64,000 nucleotides of DNA, from the NCBI RefSeq assembly GCF_035084215.1, contig NW_027139581.1, forward strand, positions 1,116,001 through 1,180,000, read 5' to 3'. Below the pieces are notes generated by a model that was given only the letters and a program-made list of their open reading frames with translations, had not been told where the DNA came from and did not search any database. Shown one piece after another: positions 1 through 12,733 of this stretch (its first letter is position 1; every line of letters starts with the position of its first letter). The translations under genes were made by a program, and so were the position numbers. This DNA comes from Heptranchias perlo. Its lineage: Eukaryota.

Positions 1-367
1 AATGGCCGATTTCTGTTCGAATGGAAACGTAAAATTATAATTAAAAGATGATTCTCTGGTCCTCACTCCATGGGCTGCATGTGTGCCCCGCCCCGCCGCG
101 TTTGTGTGAACACATGAAACAAGAGCCTGGCGGACGGGAGCTTCATCCACCCGCCCCAGGCCGCACCAGAGGACTGAACGGGGCTAAAAACGAGCAGGAA
201 TCAAGCGGGACTGATCTCCGCGGACTTCCCCACCTCGACCGTCCCTGTTAGTCACTAAATCAGGGCGGTGAAAGATGAAAACTGGCCTCACTGTGTTTGT
301 ATCACAGAGATGAGGGGATTGGGCAGAACACCAGACCAACACCTTGTGATGATGGAAAGTCTTCTCA

Positions 368-1266
368 TTATTTAATGAATTTAACAATTCCAGTCAAGGG
401 ATATTTCACCACATTCTTCAACTCCTCTCTGAATTTAGTCTGGGTCACGGCATAAATACACGTGTTGGTGCAGCAACTCAGGAGCTGGAGCATAAATCCC
501 AGTTCTTGTACAAATTCAGAAAGAGACACAGGAATAAAGTCTAACACATACAATCGGTTCCATACAAAATACAACAGAAACACCGCCCATAACAGGATAA
601 AATTCCCCGATATAACAAACAGTAAAATGATGGATTTCCTTCTCTTCTCCATCTCTGGGTCACTGGGACTCTCCCCACTGCTGTGGGCCCGGAGTCTCCT
701 GCGGACTCTGCTCGACACTAAAATGTGTCTGACGGTTAAAGCATTGAGGAGCAGAATCAGAACAAATGGAACAAATGGGGTTACAATATAATGAAGGAAT
801 ACAATTACTGTCCACACCTGTGAATAACGAACATCCAATGATACAAAACAAAACCAGGGAGAATTACTCATCCAATATTCACCTCCAAGCATAAAGTACC
901 AGAAAGTGTTCTTCACACAGAACAGCACACTCACTGTTCCCAGAACCACAGCCGCCGTTTTCTCGGTGCAATATTTTGTTTTCAGCTTCTGGCAACAAAT
1001 CGCCACAAATCGATCAAAGGTGAAAGTGACTGTGAACCAGACTGAACAGTCTGTGGCTGCGTAAAGCAGGACGGCGTGGATATTACACACTTTAAAGTCC
1101 CATATGAACTGAAACTGAGTCCAATAAAGAATATGAATTTGCCTGAATATCAGATCAGTGATAACGACCAGTAGATCCGCCGCTGCCATGGACACCAGGT
1201 AACGGGTGACACATTTGGAGAGACCGCACCTTCCTCCAGACAGGATCACAATCGTCACTAAGTTCA
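368..1266 (-). CDS. GPR139/GPR142-like class A GPCR, coding exon 2 (late TM1 to TM7 and C-terminus)
   Basis: Open 299-aa frame with GPCR motifs (LVSMAAADLL, TFDRFVAICC, PFVLILLLN, CTNTCIY). Acceptor ccttacag|TG at 1266 is phase 1 and matches exon 1. Confidence 0.9.
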
Positions 1267-1324
1267 CTGTAAGGAAGAGAAAAACAGGGAATTGTACTTC
1301 AGACTGAGAGTAAAACCAGCAGCC

Positions 1325-1962
1325 TGGTCGCTCATCCCTGGGAACATTCTACTAAATCTCCTCTGCACCCTCTCCAAAGCCTTGAAATACTTCCTAAAGT
1401 GTGATGCCCAGAATTGGAGACAATTGGACAGCTGAGGCCTGACCAGAGATTTATAACCAGTGGTTAGTCCACTCTTGGAGTGTTGTGCACAGTTGTGATC
1501 TCCATTAATAACAAGGGTTTCGAGGCACTGGACTGAGTTCAAAACAGATTTACAATGATAATACCAGAACTGAGAGGATATACTTATCAGGAGAGGCTGA
1601 ACAGGCTGGGACTCTTTTCTCTCCTTTTTTTCACTTGTGGTGTAGTGGGGGGACAAAACTAGTGGTCATAAATATAAGATAATGACCAACAAATCCAATA
1701 AGCAGTTCAGGAGAGACTGAGTTACCCAGGGACTGGTTAGAATGTAGAGCTCGCTACCACAAGGAATAGTTGAGGCGAATAGAATAGATGCATTTAAGGG
1801 GAAGTTAACTAAGTACAAGAGGGAGAAAGGAATGGAAGGATATGCTGATAGGGTGAGATGAAGTAGAATGGGAGGAGGCTCGTGTGGAGCATAAACACCG
1901 GCATAGACCAGTTGGGCCGAATGGCCTGTTTGTGAGCTGTAAATTCTATGTAATTCTATGTA
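1325..1962. mobile_element. CR1 LINE 3' fragments (minus 1325-1460, plus about 1490-1962) in the GPCR intron
   Basis: LVRPQL..C.QFWA.HFRK..ALERVQRRF motif and a TTCTATGTAA tail repeat. Confidence 0.8.
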
Positions 1963-1964
1963 AC

Positions 1965-3040
1965 CCGAGTTTAGGAATTTTTAAATTGAGGCTTCGCTCG
2001 ACCGGGAGCCAATGCAGGTCAGCAAGCAGAGGGGTGATGGGTGAACGGGACTTGGTGCGAGTTTGGATGTGGGCAGCAGAGTTTTGGATGAGCTCAAGTT
2101 AATAGTCGAGTCCGGAGGTAACAAAACCATGGGTCAGGATTTCAGCAGTAGATGGGCTGAGGCAGGGGCGGAGACGGGCAATGTTCGGGAGGTGGAAGTC
2201 GGCGATCTTGGTGATGGAGAGGATATGGGGTCAGAAGCTCAGCTCAGGGTCAAATAGAACGCCTACTGGTCCGGTTCAGCCTCAGACTGTGACCAGGGAA
2301 CTGGATGAAATCAGGAGCGAATGAACGGAATTTTTGATGGGGTTCGAAGACAATGGCTTCAGTCTTTCTAATGGACGAAACTTCTGCTCATCCAGGACTG
2401 GACGTTGGATTCGCAGTGAAGGGGTCGAGAGAGGCGGTGGTGAGAAACAGCTGGGTATCAGTTCCATGTGGAATCTGACTTTGTGTTTTCGATGTTGTCA
2501 CCGAGGGGAAGCTTGAATATGTGACATAGGAGGAGGTCAAGGATTGTTCCTTGTGAGACACCAGAGATGACGGTGCGGGGGCGGTAAGACAAATCATTGC
2601 AGGAGATTCCCTAGCTAATCCTGAATTGATAGGAATGGAAGCAGGCGAGGGCAGTCCCACCCAGTTGGACAACGGACGAGAGGCGTTGGAGGTGGCTGGT
2701 GCGGACACCCGTGTCAAAGGCTGCAGACAGGCCAAGAAGGAAGAGGAGGGATAGTTTTCCACGGTCAGGCACATGGGATGTCATTTGTGACTTTGATTCG
2801 GGCCGTCTCAGTGCTGTTACAGCGGTGGAAACCTGATTGGAGAGGTTGCTGATGCATTTGCAGGAAAGATGGGCACAGATTTTGGAAACGACAACACGTT
2901 CAAGGAGAGGAAAGGGAGCGTGGAGATGGGGGCAGTAATTTACAAGGACCGAGGGGTCATGGATTTTTTTTGAGGATGGGGTGATGACGGCAGATTTGAA
3001 GAGGAGACGAGAGAGAACCGTGAATGAAAGGGTTAAATTT
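1965..3040 (-). mobile_element. L2/CR1-clade LINE RT fragment, degenerate
   Basis: LSLLFLLGLSAAFDT RT motif and DPSVLVNY motif; same family as 34760-36380. Confidence 0.75.
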
Positions 3041-3792
3041 GCCCCTTTGGACATTACATTTGGACATTGTAGGTTTAAACTGCAAAGGCAGCAATGTGCA
3101 GAAACTTTGAGAAGCTTCGGTTTTCAACAACAATTGATCTGAATGAAAGCAACGATCAGGAGAAGCTTCGAAAAGCTTCAAACTGGCTTTTGATTCTCAA
3201 AACAACTGATAAGAACCTGAACAGATAACAACTTGGAAAAAACAATGCTGAAACAGTTAGAAACCCTTGGGAAAGACAATTCAAGTTACTTGTTCACAGG
3301 TAACAGGAGTTTTAAGGTCTGCTGGTTATAGTTAATGACACTGATCTGTGGAAACCAGCGCTGACAGTCAGATCACCAATACACTCTGAAATATTGGACA
3401 ATATCCAAGAATGATTCAGCTCCAGGCAGCTGTTTTACTCTATGAACACATATTTCTGATCCGATACTAGGGTTCAGTGCAGAGAGCAGACGGCAAACTG
3501 TTCAATAAAGAGAATCGTCCACCAACATTCCTTGTGGACGAGACTCAAATAACAGGCAAATCCTAAAAAATGACCATCAGTTGAAGAAAGTTATGAAAAG
3601 GAAATGGTGTTCATCGAACTGGGGCAGTGAATCGGGAACTGTTCACATGTTACATGAAGGAAACAAGGTGCATTACCAGACACTGAACAAGAGGATTACA
3701 CTGAATACAATTAATAACCGGGTCAAAAGGACAAGGACAGTAAATACAGTTAAACATGGTTTACAGAATTAATTGCTGAAATAATGACTTAC

Positions 3793-3946
3793 CAGGAACA
3801 CCAACAGCAGCGAGGAGCGGATAGTAAATCTTTTGTACATCATGAAATGCCCACAGAATCCGAAGCTCAGTTGGAACATACCAGAACATGATATCATTAT
3901 CTGTGCGATCCAATGATAACTGTTTGTACTGGAGGCCAAGCTGCAT
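3793..3946 (-). CDS. GPR139-like GPCR, coding exon 1 (N-terminus and start of TM1)
   Basis: MQLGLQYKQL...VQKIYYPLLAAVGVP followed by donor G|gtaagt at 3793. 154 nt (phase 1) joins exon 2 to give VGVPVNLVTIVIL and a 350-aa protein. An acceptor at 3991 and a donor near 4209 suggest an upstream non-coding exon. Confidence 0.85.
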
Positions 3947-4359
3947 CAAACACTCTGCTGTGACGCCTTGAAAACAGTCCGTATTTGTGGCCTGAGGGAA
4001 CTCTCCAGTGAGACAATTAAACGACACATTGACATTAATTAAGGTCAGTAAACAAACAAGTCGGGTTAATCCCTTAACACCATCACTCCATATTGAAAAT
4101 AACAGGTAAACAAGCATTTTACTGATGTGAAGTGAAGCTACCAAAAGGTCTGAATATTACTTAAAGAAAATGATGTAAAAAAAGAAAATAAGAATCCCGC
4201 AGTCTTACAGTGCTGATGTGAAGAGAGAGCAGCTTCACTGACAGAGTTCAGATTATTTCTGTGAATTCAGCCGGCAATTTCAGAATTTTTCAAATACGTT
4301 TTCTGGGGTGGAGTTCACAAAAGTGCAAAAGAAAACAAGGATAGATTGAAGCAGATAAA

Positions 4360-7205
4360 GTAATGGTCAGTGAGGATACATGGGGGCTGATAATATGGTG
4401 GTCAGTAAGGATACATTGGGGCTGATAATATAATGGTCAGTAAGGATACATGGGGGCTGATAATACAATGGTCAGTAAGGATACACGGGGGCTGATAAAA
4501 CAATGGTCAGTAAGGATACATGGGGGCTGATAATACAATGGTCAGTAAGGATACATGGGGGCTGATAATTCAATGGTCAGTAAGGATACACGGGGTCTGA
4601 TAATACAATGGTCAGTGAGAACACATTTGGTGTGATAATGCAATGTCCTTTACGGATACATGTGGGTGACAACTGAATGTTTTGTAAGGATTCTTGAATG
4701 CAGGTAATGCAATGATCAGTAAGGAAACACGGGGTTTGCTCATGCAACGGTCAGAAAGAACATAGTTGTGTGATAATGTAATGGTCAGTAAGAACATAGC
4801 GGAATGATAATGCAGTAGTCAGTAAGAATACCTGGGGTTTATCCGACAATGGTCAGTAAGGATACGTGGGGTATGATACTGCCATGGTCAGCAACTGGAA
4901 ATGGGGCAGATAAAATACTGGTCACTAATAATGTGAAGGCGTGATAATACAACGGTCAGTACGGATACTTGAGATGTGATAATGCAATGGTCGATAAGGA
5001 TACTTGGATGCAGATGATACAATGGTCAATTATGATACATGGGGGTTATAATACAATGGGCAGTAAGGATAGTTGGGGGCTGATAATGTAATGGTCAGTA
5101 AGGAGAGATGGGATTGATAATACAATGGTCAGTAATTATACATGGGGTGTGATAATGCAATGGCAGTATGGGTACATCGGTGGTAATAATACAATGATCA
5201 GTAAAAATACACGGGGGTGATAATACAATATTCATTAAGGAAACATGGGGCCGTTAATTCAACAGTCGGTTAGAATACATGGGATCTGACATTTACATGC
5301 TCATTTAGGATATTTTACGCAAATAATGCAATGGTCAGTAAGGATACATGGGGGCTGATAATAGATTGTTCTGTAAGAACACATGGTGGTGGTAACACAA
5401 TGGTCAGTAAAGATACTTGGACACAGATATTACAATTGACAGTGCGAATACATGTGAGTGATAATGCAATGGTCAGTAAGAATACATGACTGTTCATTAT
5501 ACGATGGTCAGTCAGGATACATGGGATTGATAATACAATGGTCAGTAAGGATACATGGGATTGATAATACAATGGTCAGTAAGTATAAATGGGGGTGATC
5601 AGAGAATGGTCAGCAAGGACACATATTGTGTGATAATGCAATGGTCAGTAGGAATACTTATGGTCGGATAATACAATGGTCAGTAAGAGTACCTGGGATG
5701 TGTCAGTGCAATGGTCACTAAAGATACTTGGATGCAGATAATACAGTTGTCAGTGAGAATATATGTGGGAGAAAATAAAATGGTCAGTAAGAATATAAAC
5801 AATTGTCAGTAAGGATACATGTGGTGTGCTGATACAATGCTGAGTAAGGATACATGTGGAAGATAATGTAATGGTCAGTAAGAAGATATGACGGTGGTAA
5901 TGCAACAGTCAGTCAGAATATATGGGAGCGATAATACAACGGACAGTAAGAATACATGGGAGTGGTAATAGAATGGACAGTAAGTAAAGATGGGGGCTGA
6001 TAATACAATGACCAGTAAGTATGAATGGGTGCCGATAATATAGTGGTCAGTGAGTATACATGGGGCTGATAATACAATGGTCTGGAAGGAGACATGGGGG
6101 CTGATAATGCAATGGTCAGGAAGGAGACATGGGGGCTGATAATGCAATGGCCAGGAAGGAGACATGCGGGCTGATGATACAATGATCAGTAAGGATACAT
6201 GGGGAGTGATAATAGAATGGTCAGCAATATACATGGGGGCTGATAATGCAATGGCCAGTAAGTATACATGGGGGCTGATAATAGAATCGTCAGTAAGCAG
6301 ACACGGAGGCTGTTAATACAATGGTCATAAGTATACACGGCGGCTGATAATAGAATGGTCACTAATATACATGGGGGCTGATAATATAATGGCCAGTAAG
6401 TATACACGGGGGCTGATAATACAATGGCCAGTAAGTATACAGGGGGTATGATAATACAATGGCCAGTAAGTATACAGGGGCTGATAAGACAATGGTCAGT
6501 AAGTATACAGGGGCTGATAATACAATGGACAGTAAGTGTACAGGGGCTGATAATACAATGGTTAGTAAGGATAAATGGGGGCTGACAATACAATGGTCAT
6601 TAAGCACACATGGGAGTGATAATATAATGGTCAGTAAGGATACATGAAGGATGATAATACAATGGTCATTAAGTATACATGTGAGTGATAATAGAATGGT
6701 CAGTAAGTATACACGGCGGCGGATAATACAATGGTCTGTAAGTGTACACGTGGACTGATAATACAATGATCAGTAAGGACACATGGGCACTGATAATACA
6801 ATGGTCAGTAAGGACACATGGGGTCTGATAATATAATGGTCAGTAAGGATACATGGATGCTGATAATACAATGGTCAGTAAGGATACATGGGGGCTGATA
6901 ATACAATGGTCAGTAAGGATACATGGATGCTCATAATACAATGGTCAGTAAGGATACATGTGGGCTGATAATACAATGGTCAGTAAGTATAAATGGGGAC
7001 TAATAATACAATGGTCAGTAAGGACACACGGGGGCTGATAATACAATGGTCAGTAAGGATACATGGGGGCTGATAATACAATGGTCATTAAGGACAGATG
7101 GGGACTGATAATACAATGGTCAGTAAGGATACATGGGGACTGATAATACAATGGTCAGTAAGGACACATGGGGTCTGATATTACAATGGTCAGGATGGAT
7201 ACATG
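4360..7205. repeat. 35-bp minisatellite (GGGGGCTGATAATACAATGGTCAGTAAGGATACAT)n, about 80 copies
   Basis: 35-bp period visible directly (e.g. 6841 and 6876). Units are homogeneous at both ends and diverged centrally. Confidence 0.95.
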
Positions 7206-8564
7206 AGGCAGATCTTGCTAGAAATCGCTCGGAGCGTCGAATCGACGGTCACCGCCGCTCCTTCGATTTAAATTAACTAAATTACTGACGGCGGGCTTTT
7301 CCGCGTCGAATTGTTTGAATTGGACCATGAATCCAATCCTGCTCTGTCCCCCGAGCCTCTGAGCAGCGTTGGTTGCCGCGGCTGGAAATGTCTGAGAGGA
7401 GAAGACACGCCCACAAAATCTGTCAGGAAGTGAAGTCACGCCCACAGCTCCAGCCTTCATTGCTCAAAGAGGTGAGCAGACTTTTCATTGAAAGTTAGTG
7501 TTCTGCATGTAATTGTAAATTAAAAAAATAATCTTTTTATAAAAAGCCGAACTTAAATGAACCGTTTATAAAAAGCAGTGGAATCTTAAATAAACAGTCT
7601 TTAAAAAGGAGTGTAAAATAAAATGAACTGTTTTTGAAAAGGCTGTTTTTACACTGAGAAAAATGATGGAACAGCAAAAGATGAATGAGAAGAGGTGAAA
7701 CAAATGTTGTGATGAAGACCTCTACACACTCCTCAATGAGGTTGAGGTGAGGCTTCGGCGGCTTCTGGGGAACGGAAGTTTCGGGCGGCACAGAAAGTTA
7801 GCGTGTTGGTGTGGAAGGAGGTGGCACAGGTTCTGAGCACGAACAGCACCGTGTCACGGAGAGCGGAACAGGGCCGCAAAAAATCAATGATTTAATGCAG
7901 TCGGCCAGGATATATGGAGAGTTTTAGAAATTCAAAAGTTCAGATTTAAATGTGCTGAGTTTAACTGATGCATGAACACAGGTTGTTTCTGGGTGGTGTG
8001 GTCAAGGTTCAATCTAATGGCAACTGGTCGTAAAACTCAGTTGCCATTGTGGACGGGCCTCACTAAATGCTTTTCGAGATCTTTTATCCCTACTCCAGAG
8101 ATTTGAGGTGTTACAATTAGTGAATTAGACCCTGTCTCCAAACCCCCAACTTATCTCTCTCACACAAACAAGCACAAACTGATTTTTATTGTTTAATGTC
8201 TTTTGGTGAGAGGTCGAAGACCGGCGGCGGTTCAGCCTTTATGAGGGAGATGACCGAGCATGAAGAAAGGGCCACTCAGCTGCAGGGCAACAATTCCAGT
8301 TTAGTGCCTGGTGTCCGATCAGACACTGGAGCGAGGAAAGGTGAGTTTGACATTCCTCTATTGGCCAGCTGCATGTTTAAAACCTGCGTGTTGTCTGAAG
8401 GATGGGAAAAGGAGATTCGAGTCTGACCATGCTCGTGCAGCGTGTGGGCGTCTGTGATGTGACCGATGAACATGCTTCACCAGTGGAACATTTTGTTCTT
8501 CCTTCCCACAGGTTCACAGCCGTCTGAGGACACTCGGGCTGCAGAAGGTGGTGAGTCGGCGGCG

Positions 8565-8660
8565 GCAGAGGGTGATGGTGTTTGTGCTGCAGAGGGTGAT
8601 TGTGTTTGGGCTGCAGAGGGTGATGGTGTTTGCACTGCAGAGTGTGATGGTGTTTCAGCT
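8565..8660 (+). repeat. 24-bp tandem repeat x4 (GCAGAGGGTGATGGTGTTTGTGCT)
   Basis: Directly visible; reads AEGDGVCA in frame. Confidence 0.9.
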
Positions 8661-9038
8661 CCTGACCCCACCTGCCACCCTCAGGGTGTTGATGTGGGGG
8701 GAGCGCTTGACCATGAGGAGCCTCACCTCACCGCCTCTCCAACTCCAGGCCCCTCTGGCTCTGTGCGAGACACACACAATCCCCCTCTCACAGGCAGCCG
8801 CCAGCTGAGTCCGACCTGTCGGGGTGTGAGGAACCGTTGGTAGTTGGGGTAGATGCACCCCAGTCCCCCGTGAGGCGAAGTAGACGTCATCCCCATCCCC
8901 CTCCTCCCCCCCCCCCCCCCCATGTAGATGATGAATTGGGAGAGGACATCAACGGTCAACAAGTGAGACGATTGACGGCTGATGAGAGCGACAAGTACCG
9001 TGACTGTTACGTCTCCATGAGACAGGAGATGAAGGATG

Positions 9039-9765
9039 CTGGACAGAACATTAGCGCCAAGCTGGCCCAGACTGGACAGAACATTCGCGCCAAGCTGGCC
9101 CATACTGGACAGAACATTGCCCAGCTGGCCCAGACTGGACAGGACATTGCCCAGCTGGCCCATCTTGGACAGAACATTGCCAAGCTGGCCCATACTGGAC
9201 AGAACTTTGTCCAGCTGCCCCATACTGGACAGAACATTGCCCAGCTGGCCCAGACTGGACAGAACATTGCCCAGCTGGCCCATACTGGACAGAACATTGC
9301 CCAGCTGGCCTATACTGGACAGAACATTGCCCAGCTGACCCATACTGGACAGAACATTGCCCAGCTGGCCCATACTGGACAGAAAATTAGTGCCAAGCTG
9401 GCCCATACTGGACAGAACATTAGCGCCAAGCTGGCCCATACTGGACAGAACATTGCCCAGATGGCCCATACTGGACAGAACATTGCCCAGCTGGCCCAGA
9501 CTGGAGAGGACATTGCCCAGCTGGCCCATATTGGACGGAACATTGCCAAGCTGGCCCACACTGGTCAGAACTTTGTCCAACTGCCCCATACGGGACAGAA
9601 CATTGCCCAGCTGGCCCATACTGGACAGAACATTGCCCAGCTGACCCATATTGGGCAGAACCTTGGCCAGCTGGTCCATACTAGACAGAACATTGCCCAG
9701 CTGGCCCATACTCGACAGAACATTGCCCAGCTGGCCCACACTGGACAGAACATTGCCCAGCTGAC
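9039..9765 (+). repeat. 30/33-bp in-frame tandem repeat (GQNIAQLAHT)n, about 24 copies
   Basis: CTGGACAGAACATTGCCCAGCTGGCCCATA units; long ORFs on both strands. Confidence 0.95.
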
Positions 9766-11319
9766 AAATATTCACCAGGCTCTCGTACATTTCATGGAGT
9801 TGAATGCGAGCACGGCTGTGCTGCACCTGAAGCCCGTGACACCCCCCGTGCCACCTCCTGCCGCAGACAGATTGCAGGCCCAAGAGCCAGGAGCTATTCC
9901 TGCACCTAACGCTGCTTTTACTCATGTCCCCGTGGAACAGCAGCACCCCAGCTCCGAACTCCCTGATTACAGCCATTTTGTAAGACACAGATTTCGTGCC
10001 CTTGGCTCAAGAGGGGCTCGATCACAGGGAGGGATGGGGGCCTGGAGGAAATAGGATGCTCCTCGAGGACAGAGTTCACCTCCTCTTGTTCAGAGTGTCA
10101 CAGCGACCCTCGAGCATGCCGCAAGGGGGCGTCTGTAAATCTTATTGCTGTTTGTTCGGTTGATGTTTTGGTTGTTTGTTTTTATTCGCTTGTTGATATT
10201 TTGTCATGTGATGAATCTCTTCTGATTGTTTGTGTGATAATTTTTGTTGCTGCTGCTGCTGCCCTTCAAACTTAATCAGAAGTCATTTGTAATTGTTCGA
10301 AGATTTTCTGAATATAAACCATGTTAACATCACAAATGCTTTCAAACAACAAAATTAATAAGTTAACCTAATTTTTATTTAAAGTTTTGCACTACACACC
10401 TCAATGTTCACAATAAAGTTTTGCAACAACTAAATACCTCAAAATGTTAATGTAAAGTTTTGCACTAATGTTTTGATGCTGCAATTAAGGCTCACTGTTT
10501 CACTTTCAATCTTGCTTGTCCTGTTATCTGCTTTCCTGGGAGGGGGCGGGGAGGCAATTACCCATTTTCATCGATGTCAAAAAGCATCAGCCACTGGGTG
10601 CTCTCCCGCTGCCCTGTCTCCTGCAGCCACGGTTTCCCCGGGGGTGGGGATGGGGAAACCAACAATGGCCCCAGCAACATCCGGGTTGTCATCCTGCATC
10701 TCATCCATTCCCAGAGGCATCTCGTCTTCCTGGTCAAAGGTCAGTCCTTCCCGCAGTGTAAAGTTGTGCAATGCGCATCAGACAACCACAACCCTGGACA
10801 TCTTGAGAGGTGAGTACGGCAAAGTTCCCCCGACCTGTCCAAGTATCGAAAGCGTGATTTCAGCTCCACCGATTCTCCTCTCCATGACTTGGCGTGAGCA
10901 CACGTGGGCACGGTTGTTCCTCTCCTGAGCTGCACTATTGGTCCTGCGGTCGGGTGTCATCAGCCACGGCTTCAGCGGTTAGCCCTTGTCACCTGATATC
11001 CATCCAGATCCATGCTGCTCTCCGGTGAAGGTATCATTGCAAGTCTGAGTGGCGAAGGACGAAGGCATCATGGGCACTTCCCTTGTGATCTGTATTTACA
11101 TTCATGATCCACAGGTCGGCATCGCAAAGGATCCTCACATTTAACCAATTTGTGGTTGTCTGATGCGCATTGCACAACTTTACACTGCGGGAAGGACTGA
11201 CCTTTGACCAGGAAGACGAGATGCCGCTGGGAATGGACCCTTCCTGTTGATTTAAGTGACAGGTGCCTCATTGGGTGCCTTCCATGTCACATGGAATCCG
11301 TCGACAGCCCCCTGCAATC

Positions 11320-11714
11320 TGGGAATCCAGCGATCCTGTGGAACGCGGTAAACCTTTCCCTTTGAGAATCCAGCGATCCTGTGGAACGCGGTACACCTCT
11401 CCCTTTGGGGAATCCAGCGATCCAGCAGAACGCCGTAGACCTCTCCCTTTGGGGAATCCAGCGATCCTGTGGAACGCGGTTGATCTCTCCCTTTGGGGAA
11501 TCCAGCGATCCTGTGGAACGCGGTACACCTCTCCCTTTGGGGAATCCAGCGATCCTGTAGAACGCCGTAGACCTCTCCCTTTGGGGAATCCAGCGATCCT
11601 GTGGAACACGGTTGATCTCTCCCTTTGGGGAATCCAGCGATCGTGTGGAACGCGGTAGACATCTCCCATTGGGGAATCCAGCGATCCTGTGGATCACGGT
11701 CGACCTCTCCCTTT
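11320..11714. repeat. 44-bp tandem repeat, about 9 copies, derived from the transposase FHRIAGFP segment
   Basis: GGGGAATCCAGCGATCCTGTGGAACGCGGTTGATCTCTCCCTTT, period 44 (11451 and 11495). Confidence 0.95.
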
Positions 11715-11775
11715 ACTGCGCTGGGGACATGTCAAGTTTGATCAACTGGGAAACCGCGCGGAATATCGCGCCTGT

Positions 11776-12570
11776 GACCTCATGAATCCACTCTCGCAGG
11801 CCTCTGGGTGATTGTGTATCTGTGACCTGATGAATACAGACTCCCGCAGGGCTCTGGGTAATGGTGTGTCTGCGACCTGATGAATTCAGACTCTCACAGG
11901 GCTCTGGGTAATGGTGTGTCTGTGACCTGATGAATTCAGACTCCCGCGGGGCTCTGGGTAATGGTGTGTCTGTGACCTGATGAATTCAGACTCTCACAGG
12001 GCTCTGGGTAATGGTGTGTCTGTGACCTGATGAATTCAGACTCTCACAGGGCTCTGGGTAATGGTGTGTCTGTGACCTGATGAATTCAGACTCCCGCGGG
12101 GCTCTGGGTAATGGTGTGTCTGTGACCTGATGAATTCAGACTCTCACAGGGCTCTGGGTAATGGTGTGTCTGTGACCTGATGAATTCAGACTCTCACAGG
12201 GCTCTGGGTAATGGTGTATCTGTGACCTGATGAATTCAGACTCTCACAGGGCTCTGGGTAATGGTGTGTCTATGACCTGATGAATTCAGACTCTCACAGG
12301 GCTCTGGGTAATGGTGTGTCTGTGACCTGATGAATTTAGACTCTCACAGGGCTCTGGGTAATGATGTGTCTATGACCTAATGAATTCAGACTCTCACAGG
12401 GCTCTGGGTAATGGTGTGTCTGTGACCTGATGAATTCAGACTCTCACAGGGCTCTGGGTGATGTTGTGTCTGTGACCTGATGAATTCAGACTCTCACAGG
12501 GCTCTGGGAGATGGTGTATCCGTGACCTGATGAATTCAGACTCTCACATAGCTCTGGGTGATGTTGCACA
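11776..12570. repeat. 50-bp tandem repeat, about 16 copies, inside the transposase
   Basis: GACCTGATGAATTCAGACTCTCACAGGGCTCTGGGTAATGGTGTGTCTGT, period 50 (11824, 11874, 11924, 11974). Confidence 0.95.
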
Positions 12571-12733
12571 TGTCACCAGGGCCTGACTGAAATGACCCAC
12601 ATGCCACTGACGAGGCCCTGCAGGAAGTAGAAGGTGGCTGAAGGTCCTCTTGTAATATCTCACAGAGGCGGCCGATTGCCTCCTTACTGAAACGAAGTCT
12701 TCACACAGATATCTCTTCCGATAATAATGTGCT

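Larger units (their letters stand above)
7663..10054 (+). pseudogene. Harbinger Myb/SANT-like (trihelix) DNA-binding protein pseudogene, about 3 exons
   Basis: DEDLYTLLNEVEVR...VWKEVAQVLSTNSTVSRRAEQGRKK(fs)NDLMQSAR at 7663-7910, TGGGSA...MTEHEERA at about 8215-8340, and a C-terminal exon from 8512. It has a stop and frameshifts. Confidence 0.75.
7210..12730. mobile_element. Harbinger/PIF-type DNA transposon, degenerate: Myb/SANT gene on +, nuclease on -, convergent
   Basis: Two convergent pseudogenes of the kinds Harbinger carries. The right end is cut by a CR1 at about 12734. TIRs were not resolved. Confidence 0.8.
10550..12730 (-). pseudogene. HARBI1-like DDE nuclease/transposase pseudogene
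   Basis: IAGFPRLQGAVDGFHVTWKAP, INRKG, GDKG*PLKPWLMTP, QERNNRAH, LKSRFRYLDRSG and CALHNF motifs, with stops and frameshifts. Confidence 0.85.

Noticed and set aside
8723-9988. 421-aa minus-strand ORF (MGQLGNVLSS)n
   Set aside because: It is the antisense shadow of a stop-free 30-bp tandem repeat.
11320-12570. Regular repeats resembling a CRISPR array
   Set aside because: There are no unique spacers; the units are head-to-tail copies of transposase sequence in a vertebrate genome.
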